Origin: Carcharhinus amblyrhynchos
Taxonomy: Eukaryota
DNA length: 64,000 nucleotides
Reading direction: 5' to 3'
Assembly (NCBI GenBank): GCA_965287045.1
Contig: OZ336870.1
Coordinates: 110,174,001 to 110,238,000 of the forward strand
Positions 28,721 to 39,653 of this stretch are shown here, in pieces. Below the pieces are notes generated by a model, which was given only the letters and a program-made list of their open reading frames with translations, did not search any database and had not been told where the DNA came from. A program made the translations under genes and the position numbers. How positions within the stretch are numbered: position 1 is the first letter of the stretch; the number at the start of each line of letters is the position of its first letter.

Positions 28721-29199
28721 GTTTAAACCAAGAGAACCAAATGTAATCTTACTCATTACGTTCTCTGAGCAGGGATCCATGCTCAAAGAGGGAAGCAATT
28801 TCACCTCATCTCAATCCTAAATGACCAACTACTTATCCTGAGACTGTGAGCCCTAACTCTCGACTATCCTACCAGGGGAAATAGCTTCTTGGCATCAATG
28901 CTGCCGAGCCCATTCATAATTTTATACATTTCAATGAGATATCCACTCACTCTTCTCAACACCGGAGAAACTAGGCTCATTCCACTCCATCTCTCCTCTT
29001 TGAACAGTCCTGAGTTAATCCAGTCACCATCAACTTCATTGCTTTTTGAAAAAGTCGCTGACAGATCTTTCCTGAACTCAGCTTGCTATATTTCACAGTG
29101 GGGTGTTGTTGAGTTCAGGAATGCTCAGAGTGGAAGATGAAGAATTTTTCTTCTATTGCCAGGAGACTGCATAATGATACCCCCGTTCTGCTGAAGTGC

Positions 29200-30470
29200 C
29201 ACATGTCTAGAAGAATGTCACTCAGGGGAAATGGACTGACAAATGGCAGGTGAAATTTAATAAAGGGAAGTGTGATGTTGTGAGAAGAAGAGAGGCAATG
29301 TAAGCTAAATGATCCAATTTTTAAGGGAATGCTGGATAAATCCTTGATGGCAGGGCAAAAACCACTAAAATTATACAAGGTGCTGAGCTTTATAAATGAA
29401 GTAATATAGCACAAAAACAAGAAAGCTGTGCTAAAAATTTATAAATCATTGAAGTTGTCAACTGAATTATTGCATTCAATTCTCTTTAGAAAGGATAGCA
29501 AGGTCTTGGAGAGGTTGTGGAAAAGATTTACTAGAAAAGGTATAGGCTCTTTTTAAAGTGTACCTTCATGCACAATTTCCTTCTGTTTAGGTAATAGTGG
29601 GATGGTGGTGGTAAAATTATTGCACTAATTATCAGCCACATCATGAACGTTCCTTCCATGATCAACAAGTTTTGGCATGGGACTTGAACTCTGAGCATCT
29701 GATCCAGAGGTAGGGATGCTACCACTGAAACCAGAAACCTCCAGAGATGGAGGACTTCAGTTATCATAGAATCCTAGAATCCCTATGGTGCAAAAGGAAG
29801 CCATTTGGCCCATCTAGCCTGCACTGACAACAATCCCATCAGGCCCTATCTACAAAATGCACTGCAGCAATTCATCAAAGATCCTTAGACAGCATGTATT
29901 TATCCTGCTAATTCCTCTGACATGAAGGGGCAATTTAGTATGGCCAACCCACCTAATCTGTACATCTTTGGAGTGTGGGGGGAAACCCACGCAGACAGGG
30001 GGAGAATATGCAAACTGCACAAAGATAGTCACCCAAGGCTGGAATTGAACCCAGGTCCCTGGCACTATGAGGCAGCAGTGTTTAACCACTACCATTGTGC
30101 CACCCTCCATCAGGGAGGATGTTATGAGGAGTCACTAAAGAAGTTGTCTTACTTGGAGCAGCAATGGTTAAGGAGTGAGTTAGTACAGCTGTTATTTGGC
30201 AGCTTGATCTAGATAGGGGGAAACTGTTTCCACTAACAGGAGGAACAGTGACCTAAACTGACAGCGACAGGCACACAGATTTTAAATAATTGACAAAAAA
30301 ACATTGAAAATGAGGAAAATATTTTTTACTAAGGGAGTTATTATTATATGGACTGCATAGCATGAGCAGGAGAACTATAGGGGAGGAGTACGGAAGTAAG
30401 ACTAAATGAAAAGTTTTTCAAACAGCTTGATGGATCAAATGGCCTCTGTCATTGCTGTGTGATTCCATAA
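29200..30470 (+). mobile_element. Decayed CR1 LINE interrupted by SINEs
   Basis: tggactgacaaatggcaggtgaaatttaat and ttggagaggttgtggaaaagatttactag motifs. It resumes after the SINE at ~30106 with gttatgaggag and has a CR1 tail near 30430-30470. Confidence 0.65.
29763..30105 (-). mobile_element. V-SINE (HE1-like)
   Basis: tRNA head, V domain and CR1 tail on the minus strand. Confidence 0.88.
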
Positions 30471-31269
30471 TTCTAAGTATTCTAAAATTGTATCTACAAG
30501 GATTTATATACAGATATGTACATGAAGCTATTGTACATTTTTAGCCCATGGTGCTTGCAGAAGCAGTCAATTGGTATAGTGAGATTTTTTTTAGGATGAT
30601 TGAGCTTGTGCTGGGAACAATATGAGATTAAGGACTGAAGCAGTTTGTTCTTGATCACTGCAGGGTCCAGTTTACTCTAGAAACTAGAAGATCCTCTTAC
30701 CCGTTAAAAACCATTACATTGCGAATGTAAATCAGAAGAAACATTTATTATTGCCTGCTTTATACTAACACAAAATCAACATAAGCCTCAAGATTTTAGA
30801 GTAAAATATATTTTTTAAAAAGGGCCTTTCTGAAATCCTGAAGACGTCACTTACTGTGTGTGGAGGTAACTCCTCAATCAGTGACTTTTACTTTCTGTTG
30901 ATCTTTTTAACATTTGCTTTGATTTCCCCTAAAGTTAGTGGAACTCTAATAAGTGCAGTAATGGAATTTTTCTGAGAGTTGCTTTTAGTTCCACTGTAAC
31001 AAGTTAACCTAGGGTCAACCAACATCACTAAAACAGATTTCAACTGGATCTCTAGAGTAGAATTATGATGTTCTCAAAAAATAAATTAATTAGCTTTTGA
31101 TCCAGTTTGTTTATAATAAATGACATTGGGTCTCCAGCAGAAATAAATAAAAGTGTTAGTACCTATACAGCTAACAATTCAATGATATTTCTTATGGTGG
31201 CTATTTAATTTGAACAGAACAACTCTATGTATCGTACTGTTCAGTTTAGCCCAATTTTCTAGTATTGAC

Positions 31270-31652
31270 CTGTGGCTCAGGTGGTCTTGCCTCTGAGTCA
31301 GAAGGGTATGGATTCAGTTCCTACTCCAGAATCTTGAGCATAAAATTCTTGGTTGACCACTCCAGTATTGAGGGAATACTGCACTGGCGGAAGTTGCAGA
31401 TTTTAGAATGAGGCCCCATTTGTGTGCAGGTGGATGTAAAAAATACAGCTGGGCAGTTATCCCAGCGTCCGTAGCCAATTTTTATTCCTCGACCAACATC
31501 TCTTTTATAAAAAAAATTGCTGATCTGGTCATTATCACAATGCTGTTTGTGGGATCTTGCTGTGTATAAACTGGCTGTTGCATTTCCAATATTACTTCCA
31601 AATATCAGCTACAAAATGCTTTGGAATGTGCTGAAGTCGTGAAAGGGGCTAC
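31270..31652 (+). mobile_element. Deu-domain SINE (SacSINE1/AmnSINE1-like)
   Basis: tRNA-like head (gcctctgagtcagaagg), body aggtggatgtaaaa...gatctggtcattatcacaatgctgtttgtgggatcttgctgtg and tail gctttggaatgtgctgaagtcgtgaaagg. Confidence 0.75.
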
Positions 31653-31934
31653 ATTCCCTTCATCCCTTCCTCTTTTTTCTTCTTCCCATCAAGAAGTTTA
31701 GAATTTGCAGTGTCAAACACTGAAGAATTTCACTCACTGTTTGTTCCTATTTAAATATCTTGTTACTGATGAATTTTTATGAATTATTTTTGTGTCCATG
31801 GTTCAGGGAAATTTCATCATTTCTGTACTGCATCTGAGAACCAGTTGATGAATTAGTGGTCTTTTTTGTGTTACAATTCTGAGCATATCTGAACAGGTCA
31901 CGCATGACATGTTACAATATAGGTAACATACAAC

Positions 31935-32705
31935 ATTGTTTTTTTTAGCGCCTTTTTTGACCTCCGAGCAACTCAAAACATTTTTCAGCCCAATAAATAC
32001 CTTTGAAGTTTAGTTACTTTTGTAACGTAGGGAAACATAGCCACCAATGTGTACACAGACAAATATATGAATTAGGAGCGAAAGTAGGTCACTGAGCCCT
32101 TTGAGCCTGCTATACCAACACAGCAAGTGTTTTTTATTCATTCATGGGACATGGGGGTCGCTGACTAAATATATATTTCCAAATCAGGATGGTTAGAGAC
32201 TGGACGGGAACTTGCAGGTATCGGTGTTTCAATGTATCCACTGCCCTTGTCCTTCCAGAAGGACGTGGTCATGGGTTTGGAAGGTGCCGTCTAAGGATCT
32301 TTGAAGAATTGCTGCAGTGCATTTTGTAGATAGTACACACTGCTGCTGCCGCTGGTGGAGGGAGTGGAGGTTTATAGATGTGGTGCCAGTCAAGATCACA
32401 AACAGCAACCAGAGAATCTGTTTTACTGATGTTTGTTGAGGATTAAATATTGGCCAGGTGAGCATGGAAAACTTCCCTATTCTTCTTCTTCAAATAGAGC
32501 CGTAGGAATTTTAGGTCCACCTGCGAAGGCAGATGGAGTTTCAGTTTCATTCCTCATCTGAAAGACTGCACCTCAGAGTGCAGCACTCCCTCAGTACGGC
32601 ACTGAAGCGTAGGCTGGATTATGCACCCAAGTGTCTGAAATGGAACTCGAATGCGTGACTTTCTAACGCCGGAGATGGGAGTGTTATCACTGAGCCTCAG
32701 CTAGC
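31935..32705 (-). mobile_element. Deu-domain SINE, antisense copy split by nested LINE 3' fragments (~32060-32395)
   Basis: Reverse-complement match to 31270-31652 in two pieces (32395-32705 and 31935-32060). Confidence 0.65.
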
Positions 32706-34971
32706 ATCTATTTAATCCATACAGCCAAATAGAAAACTTAGCAAACATTAATATAAACGATATTGAAAGCTTAGGATCGTGCTTCAAATAAATGTACCAA
32801 CAGTTACAGAAAATGATGAAAAGGTTGGAAAAGCAGTTTAAGTTAAGAAAACAACTATTTTGATCAGTTTGGTACTCAGTCTATAAAATGGGTAATAGCA
32901 GATTTTTTTGAGCCGTCCCTGTGTTAATGGCAGGAAATAATCATGTACCGTTCTATCTTGGTACTTTCCAGATGTTGCATCAATACATGATTTTGGGATA
33001 TTTTTCAGTCTGAATTGGACACAGTTTTGTGAAACTAAAGGTTGATGATCATTGATTTGGTATGGAGTGTATGAGGAGACCTCAGAGATTGGCTGGGGAG
33101 AGTGGGGGGCACAGATGAAACTTTTTGAACTTGCCTTTCAAAAGGTTTCTGAATCTAGACTGATTCTGACTCCTCTGAGGATCCATGATCCATGTGTCAT
33201 GAAGAAATTAGCTTGACTCCATGAAGGTTACAGAGTTTAGGAGATGCCCATGTTACAATGGAGGTAACCAGGTCAGAGTCCAGAGTGTAGGCTCGCTAAC
33301 CACACCGGCAAAAATTGCCAGTGCTAGAAATATGAGCAGAAATCTGGGAAGTGGGTCCTACCTGCCATTTTTAAAATGTGCTGGAATTGCCTGAGCTCCA
33401 CAAAAAATCTGGCCCACAATATAATTTTCCTAGTATAATTTTATGTAGAGGATTATCATAGAATATGATGGGTTCGATTTTGGTCTTCCAGAGTGAGGCT
33501 AAATGGAGGTAAGTTGATTGAGAGCAATGTCTTCCCACAGGGTTTGGCAGAGTATCTTTATTATTTTCTGGTTCCCCTCATTTAGGAAATTAGACACAAT
33601 TGTAGATTTTTAAGGGCCTTCAACAGCTTAAAAGGCAAGTTTTTTTTTGTGTGGCCAAAAAAAAGGGGAATAACATTTTGATGCTACAAGGCAAAGTTTT
33701 TAGACACAGCTGAGAGATGCTGGTAAAGGGAAATACTACTCCCCTTGGATGATGAGTTGGTGAACAAGACATCTGGCACATATGAATGTGGCCTGTTTCA
33801 TCTCAGTCCCTGACGCAGTGCAGAGTGAAATGTTATGATCTTATCAAGACTGCCAGGTAAGACTCCCATTACATCTCTTGTTCTCTCTGTCAGATCCTAC
33901 TTTGGTCTTCTCTAACGTTTTTCCCATGATTGTCCGTGGGTCAATAGGGAAGACTTGTTGTACTTCCTTCTTGCTTTTACCCTCAAAATATTCTGTGGCT
34001 CCCAGAACTGCTTTGCCCTCTTGGCCACGCATATTGCTTCTTTCTATCATTATTCACTCTGAACTGACTAATACACACAAGGGTTGAAAACCCATGCCCA
34101 AAGCACATATTTACCTTCTTCCAGTCTTCTTGCTCACAATAGGGACAGATTGGCAAACATTCTTCAACCCCTCTCCCCTCATGGAAGTGGGTGCCATTCA
34201 CATAAGAAGTTGTCCATCCATCAACATTAGAGATAGCAGGGCTAAAGGCCTGTCACAGCAAGACTTATTGCTTTTATATATTAGCTGGTTTGCTTCATAT
34301 CTGAGATGTCTTATTTATCTCAGAACAATGTGTAGATGATACCAGATCTTAATCAATAACATTTATTTATAGTACTTTTAAAATATCTCAGTACTCACAT
34401 TGTTATTTGTGCACAGATGGACTCAGCTCAGGTCTTACTGGAACTTTGTCTGGTGTCAGTACTTAACTCTCTTGCTTCACTCTTACACTTAAGCAATCAA
34501 GTACAATCACATAGCTCAGACAACTGACTAACATAATCAAACTATTGGCATCTTTCTTCCCTCTTGTGTTTCTATGTTTTCAGTCACACTCTTGCCAAAC
34601 TCCTGAAGCTCATAACTTGCTGTGGCATGGTGCTTTCCATTGAAACTACAATCTAACCATTGTTCCTCTCCCTTTATTTCTGAGCCAATCATGTTATGTC
34701 CAAATTAATATTCAAGCTTGTGCAGAATTATAATGGTTGCTTTTATTTCAGATTCTAGGAGCATCTTTGCAAAGAGGTACTTAATAATCAGCAATATGCA
34801 CAGATCTGGAGCGTAATAGCTTATTACTTTTTATGTTCAACTAATAAAATGCAACTACAATGTTAATCAAATCAAAGGACTTGGATGCTAGTGCCAAACA
34901 GGATGCAAATGAATACCTAGCTCACAGTGCACCTTGCTGTTAATTTGCCCATGAACTCCACTAGAAACTGT

Positions 34972-35196
34972 GATGTGGAGATGCTGGCTTTGGACTGGGG
35001 TGAGCACAGTAAGAAGCCTCACAACATCAGGTTAAAGTTCAACAGGTTTATTTCGTAACATGAGCTTTCAGAGCACTGCCCTTTCATTAGGTGAGTCCAC
35101 ATGGTCACTCACCTGATGAAGGAGCAGTGCTCCGAAAGCTCGTACTACCAAATTAAACCATTTGGACTTTAACCTAGTTTTGTGAGACTTCTTACT
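34972..35196. mobile_element. Penelope-type inverted terminal-repeat element (palindrome 35008-35196)
   Basis: agtaagaagcctcacaac...aggtgagt, a 10-nt spacer, then actcacct...gtgagacttcttact. A second copy lies at 63158-63374. Confidence 0.85.
35109..35145 (+). ncRNA. Minimal type I hammerhead ribozyme-like motif
   Basis: tcac-CTGATGA-a-GGAGC(agt)GCTCC-GAA-AGCT-C-gtac has both catalytic core boxes, a 5-bp stem II and a palindromic AGCT stem III. Stem I is partly mismatched. Confidence 0.7.
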
Positions 35197-35249
35197 TTTC
35201 ACCAGAAATATCATCCTTTGTGAATTCGATAGTAAATCAGGATATTATG

Positions 35250-35356
35250 GATGCCAGAAATCTGAAACAAAAACAGAAAGTGCTAACAAATCAGCCAGCA
35301 TCTGTGGAGGGAGCACTGACAAGTTAATATTTCAGGTGTAAACCCTTAAACAGAAT
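35250..35356 (-). mobile_element. Penelope-type terminal repeat fragment (degenerate hammerhead)
   Basis: Matches the 13596-13714 family. The minus strand reads ctgtttaa-GGGT(ttac)ACCT-GAAATATT-AAC, with the core box decayed. Confidence 0.55.
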
Positions 35357-35438
35357 TGACTTGCATTATGGATTCACTGAGCAAGTACAAAGGAGCAGAA
35401 GCAACCAAATAGCAAGGGTATGTCGACTGTTAGGCAGC

Positions 35439-35772
35439 TCATAGAATCACAGAATTCCTACAGTGCAGAAGGAGGCCATTCCGCTCAGTGAGTCTGCATC
35501 AACTCTCTGACAGTGCATCTTACCCAAGCTGTATCCCCATAACACCATGTATTTACCTTACTAATGCCCCTAACCTTGGGATACTAAGGAGCAATTTAAC
35601 ATGGCCAATCTATCTAACTTGTACAATTTTGTACTGTGGGAGGAAACCAGAGCACCCAGAGGAAACCCATGCAGACACGAGGTAGAATGTGCAAACTCCA
35701 AGCCTGGAATTAAGCTTGAATCCTTGGAGCTGTGAGACAGCAGTGCTACCTACTGTACCACCATGCTGCCCT
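35439..35772 (-). mobile_element. V-SINE (HE1-like)
   Basis: tRNA head, V domain and CR1 tail on the minus strand. Confidence 0.88.
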
Positions 35773-37699
35773 CATGTCTTAGATTTACTGAAGAGGGCAG
35801 TGATATAGAAATCATTTCTATGGACTAGCAGTTGCTGAAGACAGTGGCACACAGAGAGATTCAAACACATGTTGCAAATTATGGTTCAGTCCTGTACCCA
35901 CTTGTGTTCTCATCTGTCACCTCAACACTCTGCAGTGAACTACAGAATACATATTTATCTCAGTACCTGTTGCATGAGAGCCCACAGTCCCTATCCCCTG
36001 CTACAATTATAATTAGGACCATCTGTCAGGGATACTTATATTAGAGCAATACAGAATCTGGCTGTTCCTTCAACTCTGCCTGAGGCTGGCTAGATCAAAT
36101 GAATTGAGGCTTTGTGCAGATCAATGATTTCCTAGAGTCTGCTCCCCTGTACCTCAGTAGGAATGCTGTGCTGTAAATTAAGGTCAATTGTATAGTGGGA
36201 GTGGTAAAGGAAGCAGTCTTTTTCGATGACAGCACCTGTATACCTTTGCAGCCCCCCCTCCCTGAATAAATTTCCCATTCTGATGTCAGCAAACTGGGCC
36301 AGATTGCCCGATCAGGGATCCAGTTATTGCAGTCTGAAGCTTCCCCTTTCAGGGCTGAACTCCTACAGATTGGAGGTCACTAACATTTTTGGAGCCCTGG
36401 AATGACCATGAAAACTTAATCCTCCAATGATGTTGGCACTAAGGATCATCTTAAAATGTGTAAAAGAACTTTGCACAGCCCAAAATTGTGCAGGCCTTGG
36501 TGCAAACCATTCAACCCAGAATGGTATTTGAGACTATTCCTTTAGGGGCAGGTGACTTTGCAATGTTTGGTGACATAAATAGCAACTTTGAATATGGTAT
36601 TTGGCTTGTAGGTTGGAAAGAGTAAAACAGCTGTTGGGAATGATTGGGAAGCAGGGATCTTCAATGAGCTGCTGTCAGACAGATCTGGCTGGGGATAACT
36701 ATTGAGACACATTCTGCTTCTTTATAATTTCCTAAGTCCTACAACATTCTCATTCATCATGCAGCAAGTCACCCTCCAATGGTAGCTCCATGCTGTTGCC
36801 CTCATTGCAGAGACACATGCAGCACATACTGAACAGAAGGGACTCCCCTTATGGACCACATTGGAGGAAGCCTCTTCTCTTTCCTCTCTCCTCACTCTGC
36901 CCTCTTTCCTCTGATTGATCCTACACAAATACCACAATATATTCTGTTGTTGCTATGCTTGAAGGACATTGCTTGGACACCATGAAGCAGTCTTGTATTA
37001 CGTTACAAAGAAGTCCTTATTAACAATGCTGATCTATGTACATATTTACATTAGGTACACACTGTTACTTATCTCTAGATTGACCTTAGCTTTAGATCAT
37101 GTGCCATCATCATGTAGGTGGCATTGTATGCAATCTTGTTAACCCTTTATGTTCCAGATCATTCTGTTATACTCTTCTCTCGTCGCTTTTCTCCTCCACC
37201 TAAATTTCTGTGTGGTGATCCCAGTAATCTTTTCTAGTTGACCCATAGATCTGACATGTAAAGTTCTGTTGCAGAGAGTGGTTTCCTAAGAGATGTCATC
37301 AACTAGCTGTGCAGCCAATAGCCCTCATCTCCAAGTAACCAGGCTTCCTCTTGCGGTGTAATGGACAAAGAATGGGAATCGATATTGCTATTCTTTTGCT
37401 GTCATTGTGTCAAAATCTTGGAGCTCCCTACCTAACATCACACCTCCCCTCTACCACAAAGACTGCAACAGTTCAAGAAGCTGGCACAATGGCACTTTAA
37501 GGGCAATTAGGGAAATAAATTCTTTGAGCCTGAATTTCCCACATTCCGTGGATTAAAAATAAAATTGCTTCCTTGACATTTCTAAATGCTTTAATAGCTC
37601 TCTTGAAAGATTAGAGCATAGCCTCCACTGTGCAGAAGGGACATTCCCATTACCTGTTAGAACAGCTCACAGAGGACAACCTGAAACTTTCAGATATCA

Positions 37700-38436
37700 T
37701 GTAACGTTAGCCTAGACCTTAAGTTTTACATTTGAACTTGGCATTGGTGAGCATAAGGTATTTCACTCCAGGTATGATTCAAGTGACCCACTAAGAAGGT
37801 TTTATCAAACAAAGTTTATTTAAGAACAGTTAGAATCTAACAAAGAAAAAGCATAACTTTTACAAATTACTAGATTTAAACATGACATAGTATAACTCCT
37901 AACAGCTAGTTATCTCTGTTATTCCAATGTAAAGAAATATACCATAGACATGTACCTTTCTTTGGAATTAGCACAAAAACAAGTACGCTCACGTGATGTT
38001 CAGCTTTCTAACACTTCTGGACAGTGAACACGACAGCCATTTTCAGAAAAGGATATATCCTTCAAACAGTACAACTGCAGAGAAGTAAACTTAATATCAG
38101 GCAAATTCCAATACAGCAGTGCCTAAACAGGAAAAGACACTGTTGTTTCTCTCAGCTTCAGGCTGCTTCTGAAAATGCAACTAAAAACTGGAATGCTTTG
38201 TGAAAAGTGGCTGTGATCAACCACATGATAACCTGTCAATCACCCCCAAGGTCCACTTAGTAATCCTGGGGAGCATTAAAACCACAGAACGCTGCATTAG
38301 TTCAGATTAAAATCAACATGATATCAATTATACAGCTTTAGTAACAATAAAGGACATGGGCTACAGACAACATAGTGCTGACAAAACATCCCGCAAAGAA
38401 ACATGATTAAAATACATTTCTTAAAAGTACATTACC
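37700..38436 (-). mobile_element. Probable solo LTR
   Basis: Starts TGTAAC and ends ATTACC (imperfect inverted end). Flanked by ATCA on both sides (37696-37699, 38437-38440). AATAAA on the minus strand at 37815-37820. Confidence 0.55.
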
Positions 38437-38988
38437 ATCATATATTGTACAGAAAATCAACAACTCTTGCATTTGCATCATGTTTGTTGGCTGGAATGTC
38501 ACCAGTCACTGAAAAGTGAATTTTCAAATGTGTCAGCAGAAGGTCACCACACCAGAGGATTGATGGGGTTGATTAGCTTGCCAGGGTAACTGAGTGTGCC
38601 TATGCACAAGTGACGCAAAATATTCTTTGATGCGGTTTTGTCCCTTAAATCAGAAACAGCCACTCAGAAAAATACAAGTTTTGAAAGAATTGAACACCTT
38701 TATCTGTATCTTTCTCTTCTGGATAGTGGCCTAGACCAGCTGAAGAAGGAATTCTCACACTGCTACCCTATGGAATATGATTGGCCAATATTTGGTGTCA
38801 ATATAAAGCTAAAACCATTTAGCATCATCACTAGTATGAAAACATGCTTTTGGCAGGAAATGCAACAGGAGCTCAATTTTTTTAAAAAGTGGGCTCTGTA
38901 GTGTGCACATCCTTTAATAAAGAGGAAAGAATGTAGTCCTTATGAAACTGTGTTCCCGGATTTTATGGCTCTACTGTTAATTTCTCAG

Positions 38989-39005
38989 CACAGGTGCAGC
39001 AGTGA
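38989..39005 (+). CDS. MAPK10: MAPK10/JNK3 terminal exon, proximal acceptor (short p46-type C-terminus AQVQQ*)
   Basis: tttctcag|CACAG: using the upstream AG adds 5 nt, giving (G)CA CAG GTG CAG CAG TGA, the known JNK short-isoform ending. Confidence 0.92.
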
Positions 39006-39133
39006 ATAGCAGCGAAAGCCTTCCTCCATCCTCATCAGTAAACGACATCTCATCTATGTCAACCGATCAGACCCTCGCGTCCGACACTGACAGCAGCCTG
39101 GAAACTTCAGCAGGACCGCTTTGTTGCAGGTGA
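38994..39133 (+). CDS. MAPK10: MAPK10/JNK3 terminal exon, distal acceptor (long p54-type C-terminus)
   Basis: Translates (G)[45 protein letters not shown], diagnostic for JNK3. TGA at 39131-39133. Confidence 0.97.
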
Positions 39134-39175
39134 CTAACCGTCTGCCTGCGGAGCCCCTTCTTCTTTAGAAAATGA
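39131..39175 (+). other. MAPK10: Stop-codon readthrough signal and extension of MAPK10 long isoform
   Basis: TGA CTA context, then an open frame LTVCLRSPFFFRK to a second TGA at 39173-39175. Mammalian MAPK10 is an established UGA-CUAG readthrough gene. Confidence 0.75.
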
Positions 39176-39647
39176 TGCAAGGACTAAATACTCAGCGCAC
39201 CTCTCTGGAAAAGAACTATTTAAAAAAGAACGTGGAAGTACTGATGCTAAAATATTATGTCAAAATGCTTTGCTTATACCTCATTCCAATGAAACTAACG
39301 CTCATTAAGAGTATTAGGCAGCATCATTTCACATGTAAATATGTGACTATAAATAAGCTCCCTTTGGCACTTGCTCTGGCAACGCAAGGCGAGCGGGAAA
39401 GATGCAGCATTATAGTTAAAACTAAATGCACTTTTGTCTCAAAGTTGCAATATGTGTCCCTTCTTCCACTTATGTATTTGCTGACTATAAACACCTTGTA
39501 GAAATATAATCCTATAAATGGCCATATACATATTACCTACCAAAAAACTCATGGAACCCATGTTCATGACAGTAACTATGAAAACGACAAACAATGCAAT
39601 TCTATTAATCCTTTGAGCGTTGAATTTCATTGTAGTTTAAGACACAT

Positions 39648-39653
39648 AATAAA
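39648..39653 (+). terminator. Candidate MAPK10 polyadenylation signal (alternative at 39987-39992)
   Basis: AATAAA in repeat-free AT-rich sequence after the stop. Usage cannot be shown from sequence alone. Confidence 0.3.

Noticed and set aside
39131-39133. UGA as a selenocysteine codon
   Set aside because: I recognised no SECIS element by eye, and the UGA-CUA readthrough context explains the open extension.
39172-39501. 109-aa ORF downstream of the MAPK10 stop
   Set aside because: It lies in AT-rich 3' UTR sequence, has no recognisable homology and is out of frame with the extension.
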